DNA of 63,027 nucleotides, filler included, from Pelomyxa schiedti (GCA_020536535.1; 11 parts of 11 records of this genome joined end to end with filler, not necessarily neighbours in it), one strand, 5' to 3'; counted from the whole stretch's first letter, positions 35,929-49,527 are shown. Numbers and translations are program-made. The notes: generated by a model not told the origin, from the sequence alone.

Positions 35929-38818
35929 CTACGGGAATTTGGGGAAGCAAACTGTGCAAATTCTCTGTTGTGAGGTGGTGCCAGGAACAGCCTTTTTGTT
36001 CTTGGCACACACTGCACAAACAACTTTGCCACAGAACCGGCAATGGTGCTGTGGAAAATTAGATAAATTTTGAAAAGACCTTAGTGCAGACCCTTCTGTT
36101 CATTAGAGTAAATTCCTTAGAGCATACTGTGCAGTTGCTGGCTTCGTTATCGGGCTGTTCAGTGATTGTGAAATGGTTTGGTTTTGTTGGCATAGGATTA
36201 CCTGCCAGGTTGGGGCTACAAATGAGTCCAGGGGATTCATGGGGAACTCAGGAACAAAGGAACCATCATCGAATTTGGTTACACGAGAAAGTGTCAAACG
36301 TCGTTTGGAAAGCTGGTGGAAATAGTGTCATTTACAATTCCTGCACATAGCTGAAATAAGCAAAGGGCTTGCTTACGTCGTCGATCGTGGTGCGGATGGA
36401 ATCCATCCAGCCTTGTTTTTCTTCGGCAGTTGCAGTTGCAAAGGATAGTGTTTTATGGGTCGTGGAAACCTTAATGAGAAGTCTTTTAGTGCAATCAAGG
36501 GAAGAAGTAGAAAGTACAGAAAATGCGTGAGGGGTCTTCTTTGTTGAAGGAAGACTGACTACAGAGACTTTTTCAAGTGGCAGCATCATGTGTAACAGGA
36601 ATCCACCTCCTCCAACAAATTCTCCATAAATCAAGATGTCACTGAAAAGGAAACAGTGGCGAGCTTTTGCTGCTTTGCTCGCGTTTGCACTGATTTTGAA
36701 TACTTCACCCTCTTTTAGAAATTTGCGATTAGGTGCAAGTATCTATGGTGCTGGTGTTACTATGTGGATGCAGAACTTTTTACTTACATTAACTCCTGTA
36801 ACCAGAGAGTTCAATCGGGATTGTATTTGTGTAAGTACGGTCTTGTTGTCATCCTCGTGTAGAGCATCCTCGACATGCAGGGAAATCGCCTTAGACCAGT
36901 TATGCACCCATCTTACGAAAAAGGCCTTTACTTGTACAAGCAGTTCTGCACCTTGTAGTTTGGAATAATCTTCGTGAAACGGATCCGTACTGGTCAGAAG
37001 TGTCTGCAGAAAAATCATGTCAGTATCTGACAAGTGAGTAACCATCAAGTTAAAAAAAGGAAAAAGTAAAAAACCTTGATGGCACGGGAGTAGTGTTCAA
37101 GATGCACTGTTGGAAGTGAGAGTAAGTCTTTGAGAGAGAGGATTTTGTCAGGGTTCTCTGGACAGGACTATTGAAGTCATCACATCACGAACTGTGAAAT
37201 GTGGGGCTTACCTGAAAAAATGAATTCAAAGTCGGGTCTTTACTGAGCTGCTCCAACAGTTTAATTGCAGTCGAATATGTATTACCATAACTGAGATAGG
37301 CATCTGCTCGAGAAAACTAATTGTGCAGCGTGAGTGCAGGACAAAGATTTTTTGAGGAAATTACAAGTTCTGTCAATAAATCTCCAATAAGGGAACTATC
37401 AGACCACTGGACTATTCTTTCTTCCAATCTGGGAAGAAAACCGTCATGCCTCTAAGGAAAAAAATCAATGGTATAAAAGTCTGAGTGAAGGGCCGCCTAC
37501 TTTGATAATTTCTGAAACACAGTCGAGTTTTGGTATCGAGTCAGGGGGAACTAGTACAATAAGTTCCTTTTGATTCAAATATACCTTTTATGGAGTTATT
37601 TCATGGAAATAGTTGAAGAGAAAACCTCTCTAACGCTTTTTAAGCATACTAAATACTTCTTCTCCCAATCAATAATCTCACGGAGACATGCCAACCTCTA
37701 TCAAGGCATCAATTTAGCAGGGAGAATTTGTAGTGACTAAAGTATTTTACACATACGTTCTCAGTCTGTGGCTTAAGTTTATGGGATGGTTCTGGTGTTA
37801 GTTGTGAAGTCGTTGATATGGGCTTCGTGCTTTGTGATGTATCATCAGTATCTACAGGCCTTTGTGTAGTGGTTTCAGCTGAAAATGCTGTTGTTGTAGT
37901 TGTTTTTGTAGTATCCGTATCCTTGTTTGTCATTCCATTTGCGGATGAGGGTGACTCCTTGTCATCTGCAGACTGACAAAGTTTCTCTTTCTCTGAAGGC
38001 ACACTACTGTCAGCCACTCTAGGCGGTTTACTAGTTTCATCAACTGGCTGAGGTGTCGGCTCAGAGTCAGCCTGCGCAATTCCGGCAGAACTGGGACCTT
38101 TGCTTTCCTTGTCACTTGGTTTGTCCGCTACATTACCAGGGGTTGCACTATGAGCACCTGGAGAAGCAGAATTGATAGACTTCTTCTTCAGGACAGGGAA
38201 TTCAGCAGCAGAAACCGGCAGGACCCTCATATAGTGGGGCGGGGCCGTGAATTTCCTCGGAGCCGAGGCAGAGGCCGACCCGGAGCCATCCCCATCAGAT
38301 TCCTGAGCCGAAGACTGCGTCTGCAGCGATGGGTTCTGGGACTGGCTCAGGGCCCGCGGCGGGGGGTCGCCTCGCCCCTGCGACTCGGAGGAGGGCTTGG
38401 GGGTCTTGGCGGCCGAGGCTCCTGTGTCCTTGGGCTGCGGGCGCGGCTGGGACTGCGGGGGCGCGGAGCAGCGGGCGCCGGTGGGGACGGGAGGGCTGCT
38501 CTGCGAGTGGTGCTTGGTCTGCTGCTGCTGGGGGTTCATGGGGGGCGGCCGGCACGGCGGCCCGCCGCCGGGCCCCGAGGAGGCCGGCGTGGTCGCGCCC
38601 GTGGTGGCCGTGGGCGCCGCCGTCGCTGGCGGGGTAGAAGGAGGAGACGAGGAGGAAGGGGGGTGCGGGTGGGGCGGAGGCTGGGGCCTCCCGTGGGCCG
38701 GCGGCTGCGACTGCGGGTGGGGGTGCGGCCTGGTGCCGCCATTTGCCGTAGATGGCGACACCGACGGCGGAGTCGTGGGCAGCGGCTTGGCCGTGGCGTT
38801 GGTTCCCTGCGACGTCAT
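35929..38818 (-). CDS. FGD/frabin-like RhoGEF: Pro-rich N-terminus, DH, PH, FYVE
   Basis: DH start LREIIDWEKKYLVCL; PH ...[59 protein letters not shown] after splicing. The final RICTVC lies in another frame (frameshift, error or tiny intron). Confidence 0.85.
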
Positions 38819-39232
38819 TTTTTTTTCTTTTTCCTTCCAGGACTGTTTTCTTTTTCATGCATTTCCGTGAAAGCCGAACAATTTTAGAGATACAAGATTG
38901 ACAAGGNNNNNNNNNNNNNNNNNNNNNNNNNNNNNNNNNNNNNNNNNNNNTTAATTAATTAANNNNNNNNNNNNNNNNNNNNNNNNNNNNNNNNNNNNNN
39001 NNNNNNTGACAGCGATGGTGATGCGGAGGCACAACAACCGCTGTTGGATGGGAGAGGAAAGTGGCAAGTGCAACAACAACACTGATGTAATTCATTCAAA
39101 AATGAAAAGGGATTTTGTGTATTTAAAATAACTCTCTTCTTTCTCTTATCTTCTTTCTTTTCTTATTAACACAGAAAAGTGGAGGCAGTGCTACCTTTTG
39201 TTTTGGAGGGGGAAGGTGGTAACCTTTTTGGC

Positions 39233-41661
39233 TTAGCTTTTACCGGAAAGTAGGTCCCTCATTGGGTCCTCGCGCCTGAGGCGTTTCCTTCTGTAGGCCT
39301 CCACTTGTTCTTCAGAGACTTCTGTCGTGTCCGCTCTGAGGCTGTTGTACTTTCCTCGCTTCTTGCCGGCCAGTGACTCGTCATCGCCGTCACCGTCACC
39401 TTCCAGCTCCTCGGCTGTGGCTCGGCGCCTCCTGTCCTCTTCCTGCAGAGCCCTCTGCAGCCTCTCTGCCTTCTTCTTGGCTTCCTCATCGCGAAGTTTC
39501 CTTTTCTCCTCCCGCCTTTGTTTCTTGCTTTTCTTAGCCTCTGCTTCCGCTTTCTCCTCCACCATGGATTTGGGTCTGTCCTCTTCCTCGCTTTTGTCCT
39601 CAGCCTCTTCTTCCTCGTCATCATTCCTGTACTCATGGGTGAAGCTTGGGTTTGCATGAAGTCCAACACCTATCCCCAAATTCTCTGCCGCAGTAGCATT
39701 TTGTGCTGGTGCGGCTGCTGTTGCTGCTGTGCTGGTTGGGGCTCCATCATCACTGTCTTCACCATCCCGCTCATCAAGGGGAACCTCCTCCTTTATAGTT
39801 TTTGTGGTAGTACTTTCCACCGCGCTTGTTGTATTGCTTTCCACGTCGGCTTCACTCTTTTGAGAGGTTGTTGTTGTGGTGGTTTGAGACCCAGAATTGC
39901 CGTCGGTGCTACTTTCGAGGGCATTTATGGTTTCCGCGATAGAGACCCGCTTTCCTGCATTTCCAGTGCAATAACTGTTCTTGATCGTGGAATGGCAGCA
40001 CTGATATCCCCACTTGCCTTCTGTAGCGCCATGTTAGAGATCGCAGAATACTTTGTTATGAAAATACCTTGCCACCAAGAACCCCAAACGGCAGTGTGAT
40101 TGTTGATAAACACATCTTCTTCCCATCTGGATTTTGCTGGGCCTTTCTCGCTCCTGCGGACTTCACCAGCGCGGGTATATTCAACATATAGCTCGGTTTG
40201 TGCCAAGTTCTCTGCCTCAGGTGCTGGGGTAAGATGTTCCTCTCCACCGTATTTGTCAAAGAGTTGCCTGGAAACGTGTCAGAAGAACAACATGTTAGGG
40301 ACAGTCCCACTTTCTGTGATGGTCTGCAAGGGCTTCTTTCTTTGATTTGAACTCCCGGTAAAGAAGTTCCGCTTGGGAAGGGGCAGCTTGCAAATGTACA
40401 TCCTGCCCTCGTTCATAGGCCTCCCAAGAGTACAGCTGCATATCATTAAACTTGGTTGCATCTCCACCCTAACGCAACATGAGATTACTGAGATGAACTC
40501 CAAAGGGGGAATAATACCGCTCGTGTAAAGTTATCACCAGAGTACAACTGTTCATTTGGCTTGTCAGAGGGCGTGGGGTTCTCTCTCATAGACCTTGTCT
40601 TCGGGTCATAATAGGCAGAATTGAGATCCAGGTTCCTCAGGTATTTCGCCGTATCCTCTCTGATTCGTAGATTTCTGATTGTTGTCCTTGTTTTGGGGTC
40701 CACCTGCAATTTTAGAATTTTACGGAAGAAATAGGGCGAGGACATACCTTCTGGACAGGAGCATTATTGTAACCAGTTCCTTCTTTAAAGCCTTCATCCT
40801 CATCCCCACCCTCTCCGTCATCAACCTTTTCTTTTTCCTCTTCTTTTTCCTTTTTCTCTTCCTCAGCAACTCTGGTTGTGCCGTTAGGGTGAAGTGTGAT
40901 AAACTTGCGTACAAACCGTGCTGCATCTTGGGTGCGGTGATTAACTCTCCTGGCTTTGTCCACGGCTTCGTACACACTCAACAATTTGTCGTGTTCTGCT
41001 GGATCGTATCCATTCCACCGGTCTCTCTTTCCAGCATAGTCCAGTGCCAACTCCGTTATCACTTCATCTTCTTTTAAGTCAGCACCCGTCCATCTGGCAC
41101 CCACAACACGCGGCCTCTCACAACAATTTTTCGCGTCATGTGTCATGGCTCCACAGTTGGTGCATGCCCCTTTTCGGAATTTTGTGACAGGTGCAGCCTA
41201 TTCAGTGGTTAGTATGGGGACTCACACGAGCGTTTATGTTTTATTGTAAAAGTACGTTTCGGGGAGGGAATATCAACCCTTCTTCCTTTAATGTACCAAT
41301 CATCTATCGTGGAGAACTCGTGCTTCCCAGTAGCCTTTTGATGCTTCAAACCAGGTTTCTTCGTGGTGTCCACATACCAAGGTGCCACAGCAATGTACTA
41401 AAACATAGAGTAAATATGAGCGAATAGCTATGAAGCCACAAACAACCCAAACGCGTTAGAAAAAAAACCAAAAAAAAAAAAACCTACAAGGGAAAAGAAA
41501 AAGAAGAGGGGAGCGAGGGGAACCTGCGGGATGTGGGGGTTGATTGTGCTGCCGTCCTCGTCTACTTCTGGTGGCGCAGTTCCGGCCTTCCTGGCCTCCT
41601 CCAACTGTTTTCTCTTTGCGTATTCCTCCCGCGACAGCCTCCCTCCAGTACTACTCGCCAT
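39233..41661 (-). CDS. SLU7: Pre-mRNA splicing factor SLU7, multi-exon
   Basis: [27 protein letters not shown], zinc knuckle [62 protein letters not shown]-terminal EDPM. Confidence 0.97.
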
Positions 41662-41801
41662 CTCAGACCCTTCTTGTGTCGCAGATCCGGCCGCCTTGGT
41701 GGTTATCACACAAATTAAAAACAAAAGAAAAAATATCTCGGTTTTTTTGAATTTTCTCAGTCCTGAGGGCGAGGCGATAGTACGGTTTGTTTGTTGTTAC
41801 T

Positions 41802-42775
41802 TTAGCATGTGCAGTCGGTGATTGTTAGGGATATTTTGAAGGTGTCTGGAATCGATGTTACATGAAGCATCTTGCCTCTTCGTGTTTTGGGCTGTGAAAT
41901 CTCAGACAGTACTTTGGTGGTGAAACGTATCCGAACTGGGCGGATCCATTTGCCATCATCTGTCAGTATAATATCAATCTTTTTGCCTTGGGCATACAGA
42001 CGCCTGCTGGTGATGCGGAAGGAGACGCCATTTGCCACTTTACGCACACACATTTTAAAGTCCATGCATGGTGTGGGAAAATTGTTGCCTGTGATTTCCC
42101 AAATTTGCCCAACCCTCTTAGCCTCTGTTGAAAATGTGCAGTTTTTACAGCCGTAAACTGAAAATTTGTTATTACATAGTAGTAACTGGAAGCTTCTACC
42201 TATGCCAACAGCATCCAAAAAAAGGGTACAGACCGCACGAGTAGCAGTTACAGCCTCAGGTGGTAAATAGCCAACAATGTGGGACAACACATCGAGGGGC
42301 AAGTCCAGAATGTGGGTCCCTTTGGAGATTTGAAGGGAAGCAAACTCCAAAGATGTGAGTGCGTTCAACGATGTCTTTTTTGGAAAGAAAATAATTTTAT
42401 ATTGGAAAGTTAACAACAGGAGCAAACCAGTAGGTTTATTTGCACTTTCTGTAATCTTCTTATCCACCATTGCCATCATTTCCGCTCTAATGCTGTTCAA
42501 AGTATCGTCGATTTCCATTTTTACATGATTTGCACGCTAAACACAAGTGTGTCATGTCAACAACAACAAAATACTGCCAAAAAAAAAAAAAAAGGAAAAA
42601 CCCTTTCTGCATTGGCAGCCATGCGGTCCAGGTTGGCCTTGGCGCTCTCCAAATATGACGAAACCGTGGCACTCTCCGTCTCCCGGCACAAGTTCACGCG
42701 AGGATCTGTGGATTCATGCAATAACTCTGTACCTTGTGTCCTGTCGGTCCTAGCCCGCTTTGGCGCTGGTTGCAT
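41802..42775 (-). CDS. F-box protein with N-terminal coiled coil (paralog A)
   Basis: HILDLPLDVLSHIVGYLPPEAVTATRAVCTLF; upstream exon MQPAPKRART. Confidence 0.7.
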
Positions 42776-42899
42776 TTTAAAACGGTGAACTCCAGATCGA
42801 CAACAAAAATCTGTGCGTTTATACGCGTGTCAGGCAGGGCAATGCCGTCATTAGCTAGAGCCTTAGCGACTTAGCTTTTTTTTTGAACAGCCTCTGCAA

Positions 42900-43818
42900 T
42901 GAAGTCAACGAGTTCCTAAATGCATTAATCTCCTATGATGAGCAACCCGTGCACCTGCACCACTTCCTCCGGCACCTCTTTACGTGACGGCAGTTTCTGT
43001 CCTACACATTAAACGTGGAGAGTTGGGGCAATGCAAAAACAAGTAGGAATGCAATTGCCGCACGAGTGGCAGTGATAGATTTGAGTGGCAAGTAGCCAAC
43101 AATATGTGCCAACATCTCATCAAGCAAGTCCACAATGTGTGTCCCTTGAGAAAAGTTGGGCTAGTTAAGGGTGCGAGGTGCCAACAAACCTTGTAATATA
43201 AACATGGTATCCAATGATTTTGCCAACTCTTTTACCACACGTTCTTCTGGGCATATGAACTGAGATTTCACGAGTTTATTAGAAAGAATGCCCAAGATAT
43301 AATAAAGTGGAAAGCATACTCTCTGCATGCCTACGTACTCCATGTTTAGTAACTTAAGTGCATTCAAGTGACTCTGTTGAAGGAGGTCAGCGTGGTTTTT
43401 GTTGGTTTAAGAAAACACACAAACCATGAGGTTCTTCCGAACTTCAGCTTTCAGTTCAGCAGCCTTCCTGTCAACCATCGCCACCATTTCCGCTCTGAGC
43501 GTGGTCAAAGTGCCATCAATGTCAGCCGTTAATTCATCAGCACGCTGTTCATCCACATCACATTGGAGGAGCAAATTAAAAGAAAGCAAACNNNNNNNNN
43601 NNNNNNNNNNNNNNNNNNNNNNNNNNNNNNNNNNNTTAATTAATTAANNNNNNNNNNNNNNNNNNNNNNNNNNNNNNNNNNNNNNNNNNNNAGATGACTG
43701 TGATGGAGGCAGCTTCTGGCGTTGTTGTTCTCACAGTCGAGGCACCATTCAACATTGAGTGGATTGACACTGATTCCTCCTTGTTGTGATCTTCTGTAAT
43801 CTTTCTCTTTTGCACCAA
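42900..43818 (-). pseudogene. F-box tandem paralog B, spans a gap, probably disrupted
   Basis: DIDGTLTTLRAEMVAMVDRK matches EIDDTLNSIRAEMMAMVDKK of paralog A, and QGTHIVDLLDEMLAHIVGYLPLKSITATRA matches its F-box. Stops follow. Confidence 0.6.
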
Positions 43819-44371
43819 AGGAGAAATACAGGGAAAATACTTGTGATCGTTTTCCAGTAAAAAACCTCTTGACTCCGACGAACCGTAGAGAAGTCACTTT
43901 ATCGAGTGGCCATACACAACAGAAAAACAACCAAAGCATTGGCTCTTTCCCCTCAGAACAAAAAAGACCAGAACGGACTCATCCTCACCACAGAACCCCA
44001 TCACTCTCCCAGTCTGCTTCTCGCCAATCCTTCTCCACAGGTGCGGTTCCTGTGTTGGGATGGAGGGTCCTGTGAATAATCAACAGAGGCGGTGTTGTTA
44101 CTACGAGAAAACTGTTCGTCAGCGCACACTCGGTTTGACGACTAAACCCTGGAACTTTTGTTGTGGTATAGGATGGGCATCGTCACTCCACAAACTGCCA
44201 CCATCCACACACCAATTTTCAGGCAGGGTGCTCATTCAACTTTTTGTGTTGTGGTGTAACCTCGGGTTACAACACACATTTAGGAGTGCAAAAAATTCCA
44301 AAACTGCACTCTTAGGTGCAGTCATTGCACCTCTGGTGACAGCGAAATGAAATTTAAAAAAAAACCAAAAT

Positions 44372-44463
44372 CGGCGATGAGTGCGGCGACGAGTGCGGCG
44401 ACAACATCGTTTTTGTGGTTGCCAACGATGTTGTCGCCGCACTCGTCGCTGCACTCGTCGCCG
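44372..44463 (+). repeat. 40-bp-stem inverted repeat built from 12-bp tandem units (GAGTGCGGCGAC)
   Basis: 44372-44411 pairs with 44424-44463 with two mismatches and a 12-nt loop. Confidence 0.9.
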
Positions 44464-47002
44464 CACTCGTCGCCGAAAACTGCAGCGACTCGTCGGCAAC
44501 CACAAAAACTTCGTACACAACATCATCAGTAACTTTGTTGGCAAGACAACAAAAAAGAGAGGTGAAGCCCTACTCGGAGAAGGAATGTGAGTTACGTAAC
44601 TCGGGTACAAAAGCTGTTGCCTTTGTTATCTGACATTAATTACATCAAAGCTTTCCACTCTGGTTCCTGCTGAAAAGTATGTTAGTAGCTTAGCTGACAT
44701 TCGAACTGCATTGGCCACATCAACTAGTTTCCAATGAATGCAACCCGTTGCCAAAAAACGATGCAACCCTCCAGGAGATATTGACCCAGTGTACTGACAA
44801 GCGTATTGTGGACCTTGATCCAAACCAGATCACGCATGTATTAAATATACCCGGAAGTTAACACCCGCAGTCCTGGGGAAATTGCTTGATTTAATGTTGG
44901 AGAGTGGGATAAATGAAAATCTGTTGCCTGTTTATGTGGTGCCACTAACAGCCAAGCAGTATCTGCTCTTTGACGGAAATCATAGGTTTGTAATCCCTGT
45001 TTGTTATCTGATTTAACATTCTCACAGGCGTTTGGCATTCTCACTTGCTCACTACCTACGAACCTGCTATGAAGCAAATCTCCCAGTACTGACTCAGATC
45101 GCTTTTTCAACTCTGTTTTTTATTCTACTCCGGTTCCAGCCAATGTTTTTTGTACCAACATCACTATCCCTCTAATGATACGGGCTGGAGGCTTAGCTGC
45201 CTCAGGTATCACTCTTTTTCTCTTTTTTGTGTTAGTTTACTCATGTACCACGCTAGCCAACAGTGTGGAAATCAACTGGCTGCAAAAANNNNNNNNNNNN
45301 NNNNNNNNNNNNNNNNNNNNNNNNNNNNNNNNTTAATTAATTAANNNNNNNNNNNNNNNNNNNNNNNNNNNNNNNNNNNNNNNNNNNNAACTTCTAGTCT
45401 TATTGGGACCATTGATGCACACACCAAGCTTCACCTCAGTGAGCGCCAGTACCAAGACCATAAATATGCCAAGGCAAGAAACTTTCCAGGTGAATTGGGT
45501 GCTGTGTGCTAAGCAATATCTTGTTCGGCTCTCTCTCAGGGTTGTGCAAAGTATGCTTCATGTGCATCCAAGATTTACTTATTCCCGGACATATGGAATA
45601 ACAATTCTAACATAGTTCTTTCAATTCTCCATCAGAATCTTGCCAGTTTTTACCCATCCCCCTTGCCAGGCAGAGCCAAGAACCGCTTTCTTGATACAAG
45701 AAACTGTACCTTACCTTTGTTTGACAACGCAGCTGTAAATAAATTCATGACCTCATTCTTATACTGTGGAATGCTGGTGGCTAAGCAGTGGGTAAGATCC
45801 ATTGAGATTGGCATTGCTTCTTCCTGGACATGGACAGGGTCTGCAGGATCAATTATTCAGCAATATCCTGCATGCGCTTACCATTCCTGGTTTTATTGAG
45901 TTGTGCAGATGTGCCTACCAGCAAAAGCCACTCTCTTTTTGTGTTGGATGTGGTCTGGGATTGGCAGGATTATTTCTCTCCCTGCTTGTGCAATGTGAAG
46001 TGGCAACACATTGAGGATTGCTTTGGGTTCAAGATCTCAGTAGGTGTTCCTACAGGTGCAGATGCTGCACATGAATCTGTTGTAATACAGACCTCTTTCC
46101 CCTTGGTATTCCCAGTGGCATTCCCTATGTTATCCCACATCTCAATGTAAAGAGATATCTCCATCTGAGATCATCAAGAGCACTTGATTGATCGCCCTGC
46201 TGCTGTTTTTCTTGGTTCCAATCCTGCAAGTTCCTTTGGTATGTGAGTGATTTTGGTTTAACTGAGTGATTTTTGGCTGCACAGTGGGATGAGAACAACT
46301 TTTGGAGCACAACTGGATTTATTCCTTGCGATGCAAGGCTCACTGTGCCTCCGATTACCACGCAGGCATCTGTTTTTTTGAGTAACCTTTATAAATTACA
46401 AATTATTTACAATCACATGAGGATCTGAGGGCCTCAGCAAACATGAAATTGTGGTGCTGTTCGATGGTGGTGTGGCAGAACCTACTTGCTTGGTGAATAC
46501 CCCAAGTGTGTCACCTTCCCTTCCACTCCTTAACTTCTCCTAGTGACACAGGAAACAATCTACACTTCCACGAACCCTCCTCATTTTTTCTATGTTGCAC
46601 CCAGGTAAACACATTCTCTTCTCTTAATGTTTGGAGAGGTAACTGCTTTTTAGCTATGTCCTTTGCTAAGAAGAAGTACACAAAGAAACACCTTGAAACA
46701 GTTCCTCGCAATGAGATTGCCCACCCCCCTGTGCCACACCATGAAGAAAATGTCTGGTAAGACTGCCTTTCCTCCTGAGGGTGCTTTTTCGGTTTCTCCA
46801 CACAATTCCTAAAACAACCCCCCTAATCTCTCGAAAGTTGCTGGCTTATTGCTCAGAAAAAACTGTCTTTTCAAAAATGGTGGTTTCTTTTGTTTTTTTC
46901 CCTGTTCTTCCTCATTTTGAAAAGCCTGACTACCAGGCAAAAGCCTGCTTGTGGTGGCATTGTCTTATTTGGTGTTTTGAGGTCGATTCAAATTCTTTGA
47001 AA

Positions 47003-49527
47003 TCAGTAACTGAGAATGACGTTTTCAGGGTGGTTGTGGTGGTGCTGTTGTGGGTGTGGTGCTGATGAAGAAGAAGAAGAAGGGAGGAACAAGTTGAAGA
47101 GGGAGGAGGACAAGGAACGAGACCAATGGGAATGACCGTTTCTCCAATAACCAGTCCCTGCCATGTCATCCGCACGTGCCCACCCTCCCACAATCCTCGT
47201 TCCACAATCTTTCCCAAGTGTGCACACCTGAATGAGATGAAGAATGAGATGAAGATTATTTACAATAACAAGAAGAGATGGCACACAAGGAGACCGTTTA
47301 TCCACACAGAGTGATCACTAGAGAGTGGTCCACCTGACAGCTCAAAGTTGAAAAGGTCACTCACAAACTCCCTTGCAACCGGTGCAATTTCAAATGGGTG
47401 CTTCCACATTCCTTCCTTTTTTTATTTTTGTTAGTTGGTCATTGTTATTGTCCGGCTTGGTGTGAGAGTGGAGGGTGCAACACTGTTATTGACATTTTTT
47501 TTTGTGGGTGGAAAAGCCGGAAATTGCAGGCCAGTGAAATTGTTTGTTTACATGCGTTTGTTGTTTTTTATTATTTGTAGATTTGGTTGAAATAGTTCTA
47601 CTGGTGAAAGAAAAGGGGGCAGGTGTGAACTTACAATGAAAACGGGGTGACCTGGAGTCAAACAAACACCAGAGACTCGGCACATCGGTATTTCCGCATT
47701 GATGGCCTTCCTTTCCACGTGGGATACCCGTTTGACCCCGGATTCTGTTTTCACATGATCTCCAACGCGGATCTCACCCGCAAGCCTGCATGGTGGTGTG
47801 TAGTTAGTGGAGGAAGTAAACAATAAAGATCGCACACACTTGTGAGAACCATCAGCCATCAACACAGAGCCATCACCGGTGAAGCACTTGTTGAACTGCA
47901 AGGGATGAAGTTAGCTGAAATTATCACAGTGCACTGAAATTCAAACCTTTGACTCCTCAGAGTCTGATAGAACACCAAACAGAGTCTCGTGAAGCCTGAT
48001 GGCCATGAACCTCTCCTGTGGAGTGTGTGCATAGGCTCCACTCTGCAAGAACGCAAAACACTGAAGATTTCCAACGTTTCCGGCCTCTGGTGCAAACCCA
48101 CCAAAGAAAGAAGAAGAAGAAATAAATGGAAAAAAGGGATGAAGTGGGAGAAACCAACGGCAGAGACGAACTCTTCCAGAGATATCCACGGTCCGCGTTC
48201 ATAAACAAGAGAATAGGCAAACGTTACTGATGCGGAGATATTAGTGCTTGGGTTTGTTTGGAGGAATCAGCAACATACGAGAGGTGAGTGCCATGAAAGA
48301 TTGGCTCTGCTCAGTGTCAAAGTTACCAAATGCACACACCGCGTATTGGTTCAACGGAGGCCATTTGTTGTATGACATGTCAAACGACTTCTCGAAATTT
48401 GTTTGCCTTGGCTCCCTTTCCATCCCATCCAACTCGAACCCACACCTGAATCTTCCAAAGAGCATCAAGATGTGCCTCAGAACATCAACTCCCAGAACGG
48501 AAAGAGGGCTTGTCTTCCCTGCACGAGGGTGAGCTCCACACAGGAACGATATGCACCTCTGGGAAACCAGCTTTCCTGATCCTGTTGTGTGAACGGTAAA
48601 TGTTTTGTTTGTTTGATTTCGTATGGTGACTGTGATTGTGGGGATGGAGAGGTGAGAAGAGATGAATTGCACACTTTGGATCAACTTCCACGAGGGAGTT
48701 GATTTCATGATGGCACAGACATCATCAGAATACCACTCTGACCAGGCATGGTTGCATGCTGTGGAAACCAGTGTGCGGGTGACACCAGCAGCGATGAGGC
48801 TTCTGGCCCAGGTCACACACCTTTTCTGCCTGTACCACTTGATTCTGTTTTCCACCAATTGAATTTGGTGTTCCTGTGTGTTGGGTGAGATTGAGGGTGG
48901 TTTTTTTTTTAAATTATTCAAAATAAAATGGCATTGAGTCGTAATACAAATAACAACCAAACAAAGAAAACGAACATTGAGAGGAGGAAGCCCGGAGGTG
49001 CAAGGCCTGTGGCACTCAGGTTCAGAGTAATAACTGTACCTCTGTGTTGCCGAAGCGGCGGGCCTCTTCATTGAAAACCCCTTCATCACTCCCTCGAGCA
49101 TCTCCCTTTGTTCCAGGGGCACATTACAATCGGCGGGGATTCCCATAAGCACCTCCTCCGGAAGGTCCTCTGCCACGTGGCCTGATCGGTCGACTATGAA
49201 ATGCCTTCCGAATCTGCAACCGGAAGGTGCGTACCACGACGACCAGTACTTTCCCATGAGTGCCTGGTAGGAGTCCCACTTCTTCTTGCTCATAGTCTCC
49301 CTCAGATACTCCTTCATGCTGTGTGGATTGGGCATCATCGTTCGGGTTGTTTCGTCGTCGTCGAGGATCAACGCGATGATGAGCGTCCTCCCGTCCCATA
49401 ACTTCCTCTTTAGATCCCAGTCTTGTTCGAAGCCGGGCTGTTGGTTGTTGTTCTCGGAGAACGACGAGCGTTGCGATGGCCACCTGGGGTCAACCGCCAC
49501 ACCAACGTCGTCGTAACAATCCGTCAT
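47003..49527 (-). CDS. Multi-exon protein with unknown N-terminal region, HPRxGxxSP motif and C-terminal Hint (Hedgehog/intein-like) domain
   Basis: Spliced Hint: K-CFTGDGSVLMADGSHKLAGEIRVGDHV...LTPGHPVF...LFNFEL...HSVWINGLLVCTLG. The intron just before FNKCF has a CTAAC branch point and links it to upstream exons. Confidence 0.8.

Noticed and set aside
30334-38818. Possible functional cluster of phosphoinositide genes (PTEN-PH and DH-PH-FYVE)
   Set aside because: Two unrelated genes lie between them, and adjacency of common signalling genes in a eukaryote is expected by chance.
38150-38887. Long Arg/Gly-rich plus-strand ORFs (also at 26431-27039, 52219-52671, 58723-59004, 60081-60593)
   Set aside because: Antisense or alternate-frame shadows of GC-rich coding exons.
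44372-44476. CRISPR-like array
   Set aside because: 12-bp tandem units with no unique spacers, eukaryotic context, and no cas genes.
44600-46930. Stop-riddled coding-like stretches, possibly transposase or gene relics
   Set aside because: No motif could be assigned with confidence.
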